Origin: Candidatus Omnitrophota bacterium | Lineage (GTDB): Bacteria > Omnitrophota > Gorgyraeia > JAGLLT01 | Assembly: GCA_030632085.1 (NCBI GenBank) | Contig: DAOVJY010000001.1 | Coordinates: 271,402 to 335,401 of the forward strand | Length of the DNA: 64,000 nt | Reading direction: 5' to 3' | Part shown: positions 40,245-50,600 of the stretch, piece by piece | Numbering within the stretch: position 1 is the stretch's first letter | Layout of the letters: each line of letters starts with the position of its first letter | Program-made: the position numbers and the translations under genes | Notes under the pieces: model-generated | Seen by the model: only the letters and a program-made list of their open reading frames with translations | Databases searched by the model: none | What the model was told of the DNA's origin: nothing

Positions 40245-40391
40245 TTAAAACCTTTTTTTCTCTTTTTTTTCTATCTGCACAACTTCCGAATTATGTATCG
40301 TGACCACCACCTCTCCAAAGTTAATTTGTTCTATGCAATTAATGATTTCCTCTAAAATGTTCTTGTCTTTATTATTCTGAGAGTCATTCAT
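40245..40391 (-). CDS. YezD/DUF2292 family small protein (48 aa)
   Basis: Manual translation MNDSQNNKDKNILEEIINCIEQINFGEVVVTIHNSEVVQIEKKEKKRF*; absent from track. Confidence 0.88.
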   Translation of the reverse strand: MNDSQNNKDKNILEEIINCIEQINFGEVVVTIHNSEVVQIEKKEKKRF

Positions 40392-40593
40392 TTTTATTCT
40401 GTCCTGTTATTTCCGAAAGTCCTTTTTCTATAAATTTTGAACAGGCATTTCTAATCAAATAAGCAAATCCCATAAACGCTTCTTCTGAAAAATGCAAAGA
40501 AACGCCTTTTAAATTTATATGGATATTTCCACAAGGGCATTTGAAAACATTACCCACTTTTTCAGTTTTCTCGAGATAATTAACTTCATCCAT
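40384..40593 (-). CDS. Small Cys/His protein, possibly metal-binding
   Basis: KCPCGNIHINL..VSLHF motif; GAAGGGA RBS; in operon. Confidence 0.7.
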   Translation of the reverse strand: MDEVNYLEKTEKVGNVFKCPCGNIHINLKGVSLHFSEEAFMGFAYLIRNACSKFIEKGLSEITGQNKNE

Positions 40594-40630
40594 AATAAAG
40601 CTTCCCTTCTTTTTAAATTTGATGATAATT

Positions 40631-40646
40631 GTTAGATGTCTCTAAC
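40631..40646. promoter_or_regulatory. Putative DtxR/MntR-type operator
   Basis: GTTAGA-TGTC-TCTAAC palindrome upstream of the TBDR operon. Confidence 0.65.
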
Positions 40647-40663
40647 TTTACAATCAAAAAAAA

Positions 40664-41161
40664 TTATGGTTCTTTCTTTTCTGTCGCAAGCTCACGCATC
40701 TTACATTTAGGCCTCTTACCCGTTTTTATATAATAGTTGAATCCCTTTAGCCATTCGGGCTTCTTGCCATTTAAATCACCTTCAACAAACTGCATAAATT
40801 TAGCTAATTTGCTAAATGTTTGCGAACTAATAGCATGCTCCATTTTACACGCGTCTTCACTTGCAATACCTTTATTAATGCCCAAAACAGTTGAAAGAAA
40901 CTTTAATAACGCGTCATGCTTGCTTTGGATATTCCCGGCAACTTCTTCCCCATCCGGAGTGAGTTTCACGTACCCATATCTTTCATGATCAACATATCCT
41001 TTTCCGGAGAGTGTCTTGAGGGCCGCGTTAACACTTGAACTTTTAACCCCAATAGATTGGCTAATATCACGTACTCGCACTACGTCATTTTCCTTTTTCA
41101 AGGCAGCGATAGCCTCTAAATAATCTTCCATATTTGAACTTAATTTTCTATCTCTCATCAC
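40664..41161 (-). CDS. DtxR/MntR family metal-dependent repressor
   Basis: SNMEDYLEAI, RVRDI, LTPDG, A.EDACKMEHAIS. Confidence 0.95.
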   Translation of the reverse strand: MMRDRKLSSNMEDYLEAIAALKKENDVVRVRDISQSIGVKSSSVNAALKTLSGKGYVDHERYGYVKLTPDGEEVAGNIQSKHDALLKFLSTVLGINKGIASEDACKMEHAISSQTFSKLAKFMQFVEGDLNGKKPEWLKGFNYYIKTGKRPKCKMRELATEKKEP

Positions 41162-41189
41162 TGATCTTCACCTGATAATTCACCTTATT

Positions 41190-41244
41190 TTAGACACATC
41201 TTTAATTTTTAGACTAATCTAACAAATTCTTAATTCTTTGTCAA
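41190..41244 (-). promoter_or_regulatory. Promoter with overlapping DtxR-type operator(s)
   Basis: Minus-strand TTGACA (41239-44) -17 nt- TAGATT; TTAGA-CTAA-TCTAA at 41209-22; partial site at 41190. Confidence 0.65.
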
Positions 41245-41284
41245 GTATTTTTTTAAAGCATCTTATTCCTATTTGAATTATTCT

Positions 41285-41363
41285 CCAACAAATAACCCGA
41301 AAGAACTTAATCTTTCGGGTTAATGATTATAGTACCCTAAACTTATGCTAAACATAACGGATA
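41285..41363 (-). repeat. Array repeat copy 2 (terminator + diverged core)
   Basis: 41285-41322 is identical over 38 bp to 59727-59764; core 41330-63 matches 22/34 without gaps. Confidence 0.85.
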
Positions 41364-41390
41364 ATTTAATTTTACAAAAAATTAGACTGT

Positions 41391-42383
41391 TTATATTAAT
41401 TTTTGTAAATTCGAAATTATTTCTTCTGTAGCTTTATATCCTTCCAGTATCGCCTCTTTTCCTCGATAAAATTCTAATGACGCGATATTCCTTGTATCAG
41501 GAAATATTGTAAAATCCGCTTCTAAACCTTTTAACTCCGCTATTTCATACTCCATTATATAAAATGCTTGTATTATTGTATCAAATAGATTGGGTGTATT
41601 AGGGTCTATTTTTTGGGTTTCTTTGTAAACTTTTGCTTTAAAAGTATCCATAAATTTTTGGAAACTCTGGATTTTATCTTTATTTTCCTGAATAAGCATA
41701 CTAATTTTATTATTTAACGCTGCCGGAGTCGCGTTTTTTATCTGCGCTTTAGTTAAAAAAGAATTCTTTTGTTTTTTTGCAGGAGGCTCAGTGTATTTTC
41801 TTTTTAGGCGTTTATGAATTACATTACAAGCAATAACAAACGTCGCGCCCATGTCTTTAACAACATTAACCGGAACAGGATTTATTATACCGCCATCCAT
41901 TAAAAATCTACTTTTGAACTTCACCGGTGTAAATATGGCCGGAATGGAAGTGCTGGCCCTCACCGCTTCCGCTACCGACCCTTCCTTTATTCTTATTTCC
42001 TCGCCAGTATCAACATCTGTAGCCACTATAACCAATGGAATTTTTAAATCTTTGAATTCAATATCACCAATAATAGCTCTTAATAATTTTTTAACTTTCT
42101 GCCCATGAATAAAACCTTTAAACATAAGCGCTAAATTAGGATCCGCCAACTGAAGCAATTGCTTAAAATCTACTTTTAAGATCATCTCCTCAAAGTCAGC
42201 TATATCTCCTTTTCTAGCATAGCAAGCGCCAACAAGCGCGCCCATACTTGAACCTGCCAACAAATCTATAGGTATATTGTTTTCTTTTAAGGCCTTTAAA
42301 ACTCCAATATGAGCCAAGCCTCTTGCCGCGCCACTACCTAAAGCCAATCCTATTTTAGATTTTTTCTTTTCAAAAAATTTCAT
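41391..42383 (-). CDS. Patatin-like phospholipase
   Basis: LGSGAARGLAHIG, GSSMG nucleophile, DGG. Confidence 0.95.
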   Translation of the reverse strand: MKFFEKKKSKIGLALGSGAARGLAHIGVLKALKENNIPIDLLAGSSMGALVGACYARKGDIADFEEMILKVDFKQLLQLADPNLALMFKGFIHGQKVKKLLRAIIGDIEFKDLKIPLVIVATDVDTGEEIRIKEGSVAEAVRASTSIPAIFTPVKFKSRFLMDGGIINPVPVNVVKDMGATFVIACNVIHKRLKRKYTEPPAKKQKNSFLTKAQIKNATPAALNNKISMLIQENKDKIQSFQKFMDTFKAKVYKETQKIDPNTPNLFDTIIQAFYIMEYEIAELKGLEADFTIFPDTRNIASLEFYRGKEAILEGYKATEEIISNLQKLI

Positions 42384-42401
42384 TTACAATTTTGCTCCTG
42401 A

Positions 42402-44084
42402 TTACAGCTTTCCTGAACGTAATATAGCTATGGCCAACCATAGCCCCATAAAACCGGCAATAAGAAAGCCCAAGATACCCAGCACAGGAAAATCCATAAA
42501 GAGAGGGCCCTTGTCGGTTTGCATTATTATGGAAGAACCGACAATTAGAGAAGCGATAATTACGCTAAAGGTAATCCGGTTGCTTACCTTATCCATCTGT
42601 AAAATTAAATTCTCCAGCCCCTTATGCTCAAATTCTACTACAAGACTCCCTTTTTTTATCTTACCGAGAACTAAACTTATATCCCGCGGCAGTGAACTTG
42701 TAAGAGCGTAAAGTCCTCTTGCAAACCGTTTTATTTCCCTGGCTATCCTTTTGGGATTATATTTTTGTTTTATGAGTTTCTCTATAAACGGTTTTGTTCT
42801 GGTAACCATATTAAAGTCAGGGTCTAATTTTCTGCCAATACTCTCAATGGTTATTAGAGCTTTTGCCAAAAGAAATAAATCAGGCGGTATCTTTATCCTG
42901 TTTTGTGAAATAACCTCTATTATATCGGTCAAAAACTTCCCCATCCTCAATTCTTTTAGGGAAATAGTATAATAACTCTCCATAAAATCCGCGAGATCCA
43001 ATTCCAACCGCCTGCTGTCCGCTTCATCCACCGCGCCCATTAACATAAATACCTGCGCTATTTCAGATACATCCCTCTCAATAAAAGCAATCAAAATAGC
43101 GGCAATCTGTTCTTTTGTCTTTTCGTCAACGCGTCCTGCCATACCGCAATCTAAAAAGGTAACTCCATTGTTATCTATGGCAAATATATTTCCTGGGTGT
43201 GGATCAGCATGAAAAAAACCGTCTATAAAAATCTGCTTTAAGACAGCGTTAGCCCCAGTTATAGCGAGTTGTTTTCTGTCCAATCCCGATTTATTTATTT
43301 TTTCTACGTCGTTTATTTTTATTCCGTTAATTTGTTCTATGGTTAAAATTTTCTTGCTTGACAAATCATGAAATACCGCGGGAAAGCATACCTTTTCATT
43401 ATCCTTAAAGTTTCTTCTAAAGATATCAATATTTCGAGCTTCCCTGTTAAAATCCACTTCTTTTAAAATTGTTTTTCTAAATTTATCTATTACTTCGACG
43501 GGATTATAAATTTTGCTTTCTTCGATATATTTCTCTGCTAATTTAGCCAAACTATACAAAATCTCTAAATCTGTGGTAATTATCTTTTTTATGCCTGGCC
43601 TTTGAACCTTCACTACAACCTTCTGGCCACTCCTTAACTCAGCTATATGAACCTGAGCTAAAGACGCGGCGGCTATAGGTTCAGGAGAAAATTTCTTATA
43701 TATCTTTTTAATAGGCTGTTTAAACTCACTACTGATTTGCTCCTCAACTTTTTCATACTCAAACGGAGGAACTTTGTCCTGCAGCTTCTCAAGCTCCTCG
43801 CAGAACTCTACAGGAATAAGGTCGGCGCGAGTACTTAAAATCTGTCCTAATTTAATAAATGTTGGCCCCAACTCTTCCAATACCTTGCGCGCCCTAACTG
43901 CAACAGTCTGATCAAAAACGTCTAACCTCCTGATAGGCTTAATGTTAATGACTTTTTTGCCTATAACATTTTGCTCAATATGCAAACGGTCAACAAGATA
44001 ACCAAAACCATATCTAATAAAAACATGTAGTATCTGACGCAGCCTCCGGACATTATGAACTTTCCGCGTAATATCCCTTAACAT
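42402..44084 (-). CDS. ABC1/UbiB (AarF) atypical kinase
   Basis: LGPTFIKLGQ, AAASLAQVH, VKVQRP, FHADPHPGN. Confidence 0.95.
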   Translation of the reverse strand: MLRDITRKVHNVRRLRQILHVFIRYGFGYLVDRLHIEQNVIGKKVINIKPIRRLDVFDQTVAVRARKVLEELGPTFIKLGQILSTRADLIPVEFCEELEKLQDKVPPFEYEKVEEQISSEFKQPIKKIYKKFSPEPIAAASLAQVHIAELRSGQKVVVKVQRPGIKKIITTDLEILYSLAKLAEKYIEESKIYNPVEVIDKFRKTILKEVDFNREARNIDIFRRNFKDNEKVCFPAVFHDLSSKKILTIEQINGIKINDVEKINKSGLDRKQLAITGANAVLKQIFIDGFFHADPHPGNIFAIDNNGVTFLDCGMAGRVDEKTKEQIAAILIAFIERDVSEIAQVFMLMGAVDEADSRRLELDLADFMESYYTISLKELRMGKFLTDIIEVISQNRIKIPPDLFLLAKALITIESIGRKLDPDFNMVTRTKPFIEKLIKQKYNPKRIAREIKRFARGLYALTSSLPRDISLVLGKIKKGSLVVEFEHKGLENLILQMDKVSNRITFSVIIASLIVGSSIIMQTDKGPLFMDFPVLGILGFLIAGFMGLWLAIAILRSGKL

Positions 44085-44141
44085 AAAACTAAAACTCCTA
44101 CACAGGAACCTCTCTCTGACTAAAGATAAGGTCCTCTTATT

Positions 44142-44429
44142 TTATTTTTTCCTTAGTTTTTCAATCTCGGACTTAAGTTCATTAAGCTCTTTGCGAGTGG
44201 GCAAGTCTAATTTTTCGAAAATTGCTTTAACCATCTTCTCAACATGAACCTCAATGTCCTTTTTTCCTTCTTTTCCTTTATCGACCAGTTCCTTGACCAA
44301 CTTTTCACCTTCTTCTTGACCTACTTCACCTTTCTTAACCAGCTCATCAACAACCGCCTCTACTTTTTCCTTGGTTACCACCAGTGCTCCCAACCCCAAA
44401 TTTACCGCTTTCTCCAGAAAATCCTTCAC
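44142..44429 (-). CDS. Phasin-like (PHA granule-associated family) protein
   Basis: LGLGA..TKEK..VDELVKKGE, LDLPTRKEL..L. Confidence 0.85.
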   Translation of the reverse strand: MKDFLEKAVNLGLGALVVTKEKVEAVVDELVKKGEVGQEEGEKLVKELVDKGKEGKKDIEVHVEKMVKAIFEKLDLPTRKELNELKSEIEKLRKK

Positions 44430-44554
44430 AACTACTGCTCTCCTTTCTGCTTGTTTTACTCAGATATTTCCTTTTATACATTTTCTATTTTGTATAATAT
44501 CGTACAGGCATATTATATCATAAATATTATGCCGCAAACTCATTTAAATCTTTG

Positions 44555-45427
44555 TTACTCATTCTTTGCATCCTGCCACAAATTTCTTATCCAGTACCAT
44601 TGCTCGGGATATTTTTCAATATATCCTTTAAAAAAATTAAAAAGTTTTTCAACGGTCGCTTCAAGACTTTTTTCCCTGTTCTGTTTCGTCTCTATTGTTT
44701 CAGGACTCCCTATAATAATTTTATGAGTATCGTTGCTCTGCCTAATTATCACTGCCGGTAAGATTGGTATATCCTGCTTTTGAGCAAACGCGAAAGCCCC
44801 TCGCATTATCCTGATTTCTCTTCCCCAACAATTAAGCCTTACCCCTTTATTGCCGCCGCTTAAATCAACCATCATAGCCACTATTTCGTTTCGCTTAAGC
44901 GCATTCAGAATATCTTTAGCGGCATGATGGGAGTAAATAATCCTAACGCCCTTAGCTTGTCTTGTAGCTTGAAATAACTTGTCGACTCTTTTATTCACAT
45001 CTTCCCAAACCACAACATTTATGCTGTAACCCTTAAGCGCCAGAAGAGATGCGGCAAATCCGCCGTTTCCTATATGAAGTCCGGCCAATATAGCTCCCTT
45101 GCCCTCCTGTAAAACGGCATCTAAATTCTCCTGCCCCGCGATTTCAACGCAATTATTTAAATAATCTTTGTTTAATTTCGGGATGCGAAAAAAATCCACA
45201 AGACTTTTATTAAAGTCCTCAAAGCCGGCTCGAATTATCCTTTGGGCCCGTTTATGTGTAACTTTACCCTCAAATATCCTTTCAATAATTTTCGTCCGCT
45301 CCTGTCTGTCTTTTCTCCTCAAAAGATAAGCAACCCCGCCAACCCTTTTAGCTATCCGGTAGCTTGCCTTTAGGGGTAACCTCAGAATCAATTTTTCATA
45401 AAGCCGATAGATAAAATAGATTATCAC
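44555..45427 (-). CDS. LpxL/PatA-like lipid acyltransferase
   Basis: GKGAIL..HIGN, ALKRNE.VAMMVD, YPEQWYW. Confidence 0.88.
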   Translation of the reverse strand: MIIYFIYRLYEKLILRLPLKASYRIAKRVGGVAYLLRRKDRQERTKIIERIFEGKVTHKRAQRIIRAGFEDFNKSLVDFFRIPKLNKDYLNNCVEIAGQENLDAVLQEGKGAILAGLHIGNGGFAASLLALKGYSINVVVWEDVNKRVDKLFQATRQAKGVRIIYSHHAAKDILNALKRNEIVAMMVDLSGGNKGVRLNCWGREIRIMRGAFAFAQKQDIPILPAVIIRQSNDTHKIIIGSPETIETKQNREKSLEATVEKLFNFFKGYIEKYPEQWYWIRNLWQDAKNE

Positions 45428-45429
45428 AG

Positions 45430-47100
45430 TTAATCAACTTTCCGCTTAGATAAACTAACCCCGGATTTTTTTAAATAAGCATCTATGGTATCCATAATTA
45501 AAACAGCACTTTTTACGGCCGCAAGCGGTTTGGCGACAGCCATTGCTTTTCTTCTCATTTGTTTCAAGCGGGTAGGATTTTCAAGTAACATTTGAATCAT
45601 ATCAGGCAGCTCACTTATTTTTTCTATCTTACAGGCAGCGCCTTTACTAATTAGATATTCACCATTAGCCTCTTCCTGCCCCGGTATTACGTTTATGAGT
45701 ATAGCCGGCAGCCCCTTAGTCAACAGTTCCGAGCTAATAAGCCCTCCCGGTTTGGTTACGGCAATGTCAGATACACTCATAAGCTCATCAATATTACAAA
45801 TATAGCCGTAAATCTTAAGAAGTATTTTTAATTTTGGTAAACTTTTCTCTAACCTCTTTTTTAACATTTTGTTCTTGCCGGTTACGACAATAAGTTGGAG
45901 TTTCATCTTTGAACTATTTAAATGTGTCACAGCTTTAACAATCGGCCCCAGTCCCCAGCCTCCGCCCATTATAAGAACAACCGGCAAATCTTCCTCCAGA
46001 TGCAGTTTCTTTTTTAAGTCGGAGATATTTTGTTCCTGAGAAAAAAGCGGGTGAACGGGAATCCCAAAAGCGTAAACTTTATCTTCCGCTATTCCCTGAG
46101 CCATAAACTTTTTCTTTATCTCATTCGTCGGCACAATAAACTTATCTATGTGTTCATTAAACCAATAAGGATGAACATCATAATCAGTCACCACCGCTAT
46201 CAGCGGCGCGGAAATCTTTCCGTTTTCCTTAAGAATTGAAGTGAATCTGGAAGAAAGTGCTTGCGTGCAAACTATCGCGTTAGGGTTAAAATCGTTAATA
46301 GCTCTTTCGTATTTTTTGATTAACGGTATACTTAGAAAGCGGCTGGCCGGTTTTCTTCCGGGATCTTTCTTTTGAGCATTATATACATAATTTAAAGCCT
46401 GCCGCATCAGTTGAATTGTTTTTACGTAGACTTTGGCTGCTACCTTCTCAATGATGGGCAAAAGATAATCAAAATAAGTATCAGTTTGCGTTTTAAGGGA
46501 CTTAGGACTTATTATTTTCAGCGCCGCCTGAATAGCCTCAGCGGCCCGCTTGTGCCCGGACCCAATAGAAGTTGTAAGAAAAAGTATTCGCTTTTCTTCA
46601 GCAATTTTTTTCTTATTTTTTAGATAATCGCCTAATAAATCATCTAAAGCTTCCGCTTGACTTTCATAAACCTGAACTACAGATTCCAGGTTTGCAATTT
46701 TTAAATATTCTTTTAAAACAGAAGTTATATTTACAATACCCAGTTTCCTATTACGCTTCTTAAGCTCATTTAAAAGTTTGATAAGTGAAGCTAAAGTAGC
46801 ACTATCCACATGAGTAACTTCTTTAAAATCCAGCAGGATATGTTTATCTAAATATTTTTCTATTTTGTTTTCAAAATTAGCACTTATAATAGGAAGCGCG
46901 TGAAAGTCTATAGATCCTTTTAATTTAATTATTACTAGAATGTCTATTTCTTTGATTTCTTTAACGTAAGTAAAAATCTTTCCATTTTTATTTTTGAAAA
47001 TGTCCCTTATGCTAAATATCTTAACATTCTTCTCTACGCCCTGCATTATTCGCCGTACCTTTACTCCGACTCTCTTTACACTGCGTTTATTAAACTTCAT
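45430..47100 (-). CDS. STAS domain fused to MGDG-synthase/UgtP-like GT28 glycosyltransferase
   Basis: LLDFKEVTHVDSATL (STAS), then GSGHKRAA, VVTDY..H..W, GIPV, MGGGWG, TKPGG, IPGQEEAN. Confidence 0.88.
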   Translation of the reverse strand: MKFNKRSVKRVGVKVRRIMQGVEKNVKIFSIRDIFKNKNGKIFTYVKEIKEIDILVIIKLKGSIDFHALPIISANFENKIEKYLDKHILLDFKEVTHVDSATLASLIKLLNELKKRNRKLGIVNITSVLKEYLKIANLESVVQVYESQAEALDDLLGDYLKNKKKIAEEKRILFLTTSIGSGHKRAAEAIQAALKIISPKSLKTQTDTYFDYLLPIIEKVAAKVYVKTIQLMRQALNYVYNAQKKDPGRKPASRFLSIPLIKKYERAINDFNPNAIVCTQALSSRFTSILKENGKISAPLIAVVTDYDVHPYWFNEHIDKFIVPTNEIKKKFMAQGIAEDKVYAFGIPVHPLFSQEQNISDLKKKLHLEEDLPVVLIMGGGWGLGPIVKAVTHLNSSKMKLQLIVVTGKNKMLKKRLEKSLPKLKILLKIYGYICNIDELMSVSDIAVTKPGGLISSELLTKGLPAILINVIPGQEEANGEYLISKGAACKIEKISELPDMIQMLLENPTRLKQMRRKAMAVAKPLAAVKSAVLIMDTIDAYLKKSGVSLSKRKVD

Positions 47101-47259
47101 CCTCTAAACCCTCCGCAAAATCTCCGTGCCTGCCATGCCCTTTTTATTCAGCTTTCCTTAAGAAGAATTCAGCACCTAAATCTTCCGCTCCTTAATTTTA
47201 CTCCAAATAAAAACCTTCCGCAATATATTTATTTGTAAACACCCTTTCTTACTACAAGC

Positions 47260-47296
47260 AAATGCCCCTCCAAGTTAAGCGCTTACAGGGGCATTT
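47260..47296. terminator. Hairpin downstream of the ACP gene
   Basis: AAATGCCCCT...AGGGGCATTT perfect 10-bp stem. Confidence 0.65.
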
Positions 47297-47335
47297 AACC
47301 AACCCACAGTTGTAAAAAAAGGGGGCAAGGTAAAT

Positions 47336-47608
47336 TTATCTTGTATATAAATATTCTACTACACTCTCAATTGTTAAAAATTTCTCAGCAACGTCCTCTG
47401 GAATTTCTATGCCAAATTCTTCCTCGATAACTATCAAGACCCAAATATTTCCTAAAGAATCAATATTAAGATCTTCTTTAAAGCGAGTCCAAGGTTTTAT
47501 AGCTCTTTCAGAAATTTTAAATTCCTGTGACAAAGCTTTCTTTAATCTATTTAAAATTTCTTGACGCCGCATGGAAGGTACCTTTGATTTCTTCTTTAAA
47601 AATTTCAC
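47336..47608 (-). CDS. Acyl carrier protein
   Basis: FKEDLNIDSL (phosphopantetheine Ser), IEEEFGIEIPE..AEK..T. Confidence 0.9.
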   Translation of the reverse strand: MKFLKKKSKVPSMRRQEILNRLKKALSQEFKISERAIKPWTRFKEDLNIDSLGNIWVLIVIEEEFGIEIPEDVAEKFLTIESVVEYLYTR

Positions 47609-47622
47609 TGTACTTTCAATTT

Positions 47623-50600
47623 TTATTCTTCTCCAATTAGTCTTTTACTTACTTCTTTTCTTGTTCGATGAGCAATGTCGTCTAAAATGCTATAAACTGT
47701 AGGAACAATTATTAGAGTTAGGAAAGTAGAAACTATTAACCCACCAATAACTGCTAAAGCCATAGGTGATCTTAATTCTGATCCTTCTGAAGAACTTATA
47801 GCCATAGGAAGCATTCCAAACATGGCCGTGGCCGCTGTTAATAAAACTGCTCTTAATTTAGTTACTCCACCCTGGATAAGTGCTTCATTTTTACTCATAC
47901 CCTTAGCTCTAAGCTGATTAACATAATCTACAAGGACTATGCCATTATTAACCACAACACCGACAAGAATAATGATACCCAAAAGAGAAACCATAGAAAG
48001 ACTATTGCCGGTTAATATCAATATCAAAATCACACCAATCAATCCAAAGGGAACAGTAAACATTACTGTAAGGGGATATACCAACGATTCAAACTGAGCG
48101 GCCATAATCATATATACCAAAATAAGAGCTAAAATAAATACGCTACCTAAGGCAATAAACGTCTCACGCATTCGTTTTGCCTCCCCGCCATATTCAATAA
48201 AATATCCTGAGGGTAAACGTGTCTCTTTTACCTTGGCTTTTATTTCATTTAATATGCTTCCCAAATCCCTGCCAGAGAAATTAGCGACAATAGATGCTTT
48301 TCTTTTCTGATTTTCCCGATAAAGCTTAACAGGGCCTTTCCCCTCTATAATTTTTGCCACATCTTCTAAATGATGTTGAGAACCAAGATTTGAAAAAATA
48401 ACCGCACGCTTCACATCATCAAAACTTTCAGCATCTTCATCTCTGTATTGTACCCGCAAATCAAACTCATCACCGGCTGTCCGGTAACGGGTAGCAACCT
48501 GGCCTTCAAAATTTGCCCGCATAATAGAAGCTATTTGAGCAACATTTAATCCTAATTGAGATGCTTTATCTCTATCTATCACAAACCGTAATTCCGGCTT
48601 ACCGCTTCGAAGGGTTGTATCTACATCATAAAGGCCTTCTATCGGCTTTATTTTGGCCGCAATTTCATTTGCTATCTGTTCCAATTTAATCAAATCCTTG
48701 CCAAATATTTTTATCTCGATAGGAATCTGCCCCGTACCTCCAGAGGTAATAAACCTGGCCAAATCAAGAAACTCGATTTTGGTTCCTTCGATTTGGGGGA
48801 ACTGTTTACGAATAGCATCTTGTATTTGCACACTCGAACGCTTTCGTTCACTCTTATCAACCAAATGAGCAAATATCATTGCCTCATTCACGCCGGTATT
48901 ACCTATTCCGCTGCCGCTAAAGGCGATATCTACCTTTGATCCTTCCATTAACCCCGTAAAAGTTCCCAAGACATCCGCTTCTTTTTGACGCATCATAATA
49001 TCTTCTACTTGTTTAACCACCCGGTCAGTTTCCTCCAAACTTGTACCAACAGGCGTCTTAACTTTAACTATAACTAATCCGGGGTCAATTACCGGCATAA
49101 ATTCTTTGCCCACGAAGGGCAAAAAGCACATACTTACGAAAAATATCGCTATGGCAGCCAGGGAAACCTTAACACGATGATGAAGAGCAATGGTAAGAGT
49201 TTTCTTATACCAATTTTTTAAAAAATTAAAACCCCTTTCTCCGAAATGGAGTTCATAATCTTTTTTCGCTTTTCTCTTAACAAATATCTTAGAGGCCATC
49301 ATCGGGATTAAAGTGAGGGCGGTAAATAATGAACCGATAAGCGCGAAGGTAACGGTAAGCGCCAATCCTTGAGAAAGTTTTCCCGCAATACCTGTAGCAT
49401 AGATTAATGGCAAAAAGACAGCGATAGTAGTAAGAGTAGAAGCAGTAATAGCCGCACCCACTTCACTTGTACCTACAATAGCAGCTTGATTTCTATTCTT
49501 ACCTTCCTCTAAATGCCGGAAGATATTTTCAATAACAATAATGGCATTGGAAACCAGCATACCTACGCCCAAGGCAAGGCCGCTCATGGTCATTATGTTC
49601 AAGCTGAAACCCGCGAAATACACAGCGATAAAGGTAGCTAAAATAGATAAGGGGATAGATAAGGCAATAGCCAGGGTTGGCCTCCAGTTACGTAAAAATA
49701 AAAAAAGAATTACAACTGCTAAAAGTCCACCCCAGAAACAATCACCGGCAGTGGTAGAAATCATCAATTGAGTAATCCTTCCCTGATCTAAAGCGGTATA
49801 TATCTTAATATCAGAGGGAAGGTCTTTTTTTACCTCTTTTAATTTTTTCTTTATGCCGCTTGCTACCTCTAAGTCATTTGCTCCCGATTCCTTAGTAACG
49901 GCTAATATAAGGCCGTTCTTTTTGTTGGTGCGGCTATAATTTCGGACCTCAGTATGGGTATCATAAACTTCAGCAAAATCCTTTAGATATACCGGCTTCT
50001 GCTCTCTGACAGTAATTACTGTATTTCTTATCTGATCTAAGTTTTCAAATTCTCCCAGTGTGCGTAATAGATATTCTGTATAACCCCTGGTTACATGCCC
50101 GCCGGAAAGATCGAGATTCTCATATCTTAAAATAGACACTACCTGCAAAATAGGGATATTGAGTGCTTTAAGTTTTTCTTTATCAATCCTTACCTGAATC
50201 TCCCTTTCCCTTCCCCCCATAATCATACAAGTAGCAACACCATCAACCATCTCAAGGCGGTCTTTTATCTGGTCTTTAACCAACGTTCTTAAATCTCTTA
50301 AATCTCTTTCTCCGGTAATTCCCAAAGCGATAATCGGAATAATTGATGGGTCAAACTTGATAACGATGGGTTTGTCTATACCCTCAGGAAGAAAGTCTTC
50401 AACTATCCCAATAGCGTCACGCATATCCTGAGCGGCAAAATCCACATTAGTACCCCACTCAAACTCCACCATTATAATAGAGATTTCTTCTTGGGAAATG
50501 GAATCCACGGTCTTAACATTCTTGACTTTGCTTACCGCTGCCTCAATGGGTTTTGTAACAAGGGTTTCTATATCTTCTGAAGCGGCGCCCTCATAGGTGC

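Noticed and set aside
44142-44429. Complete PHA biosynthesis cluster
   Set aside because: Phasin-like gene present but no phaC/phaA/phaB in the window
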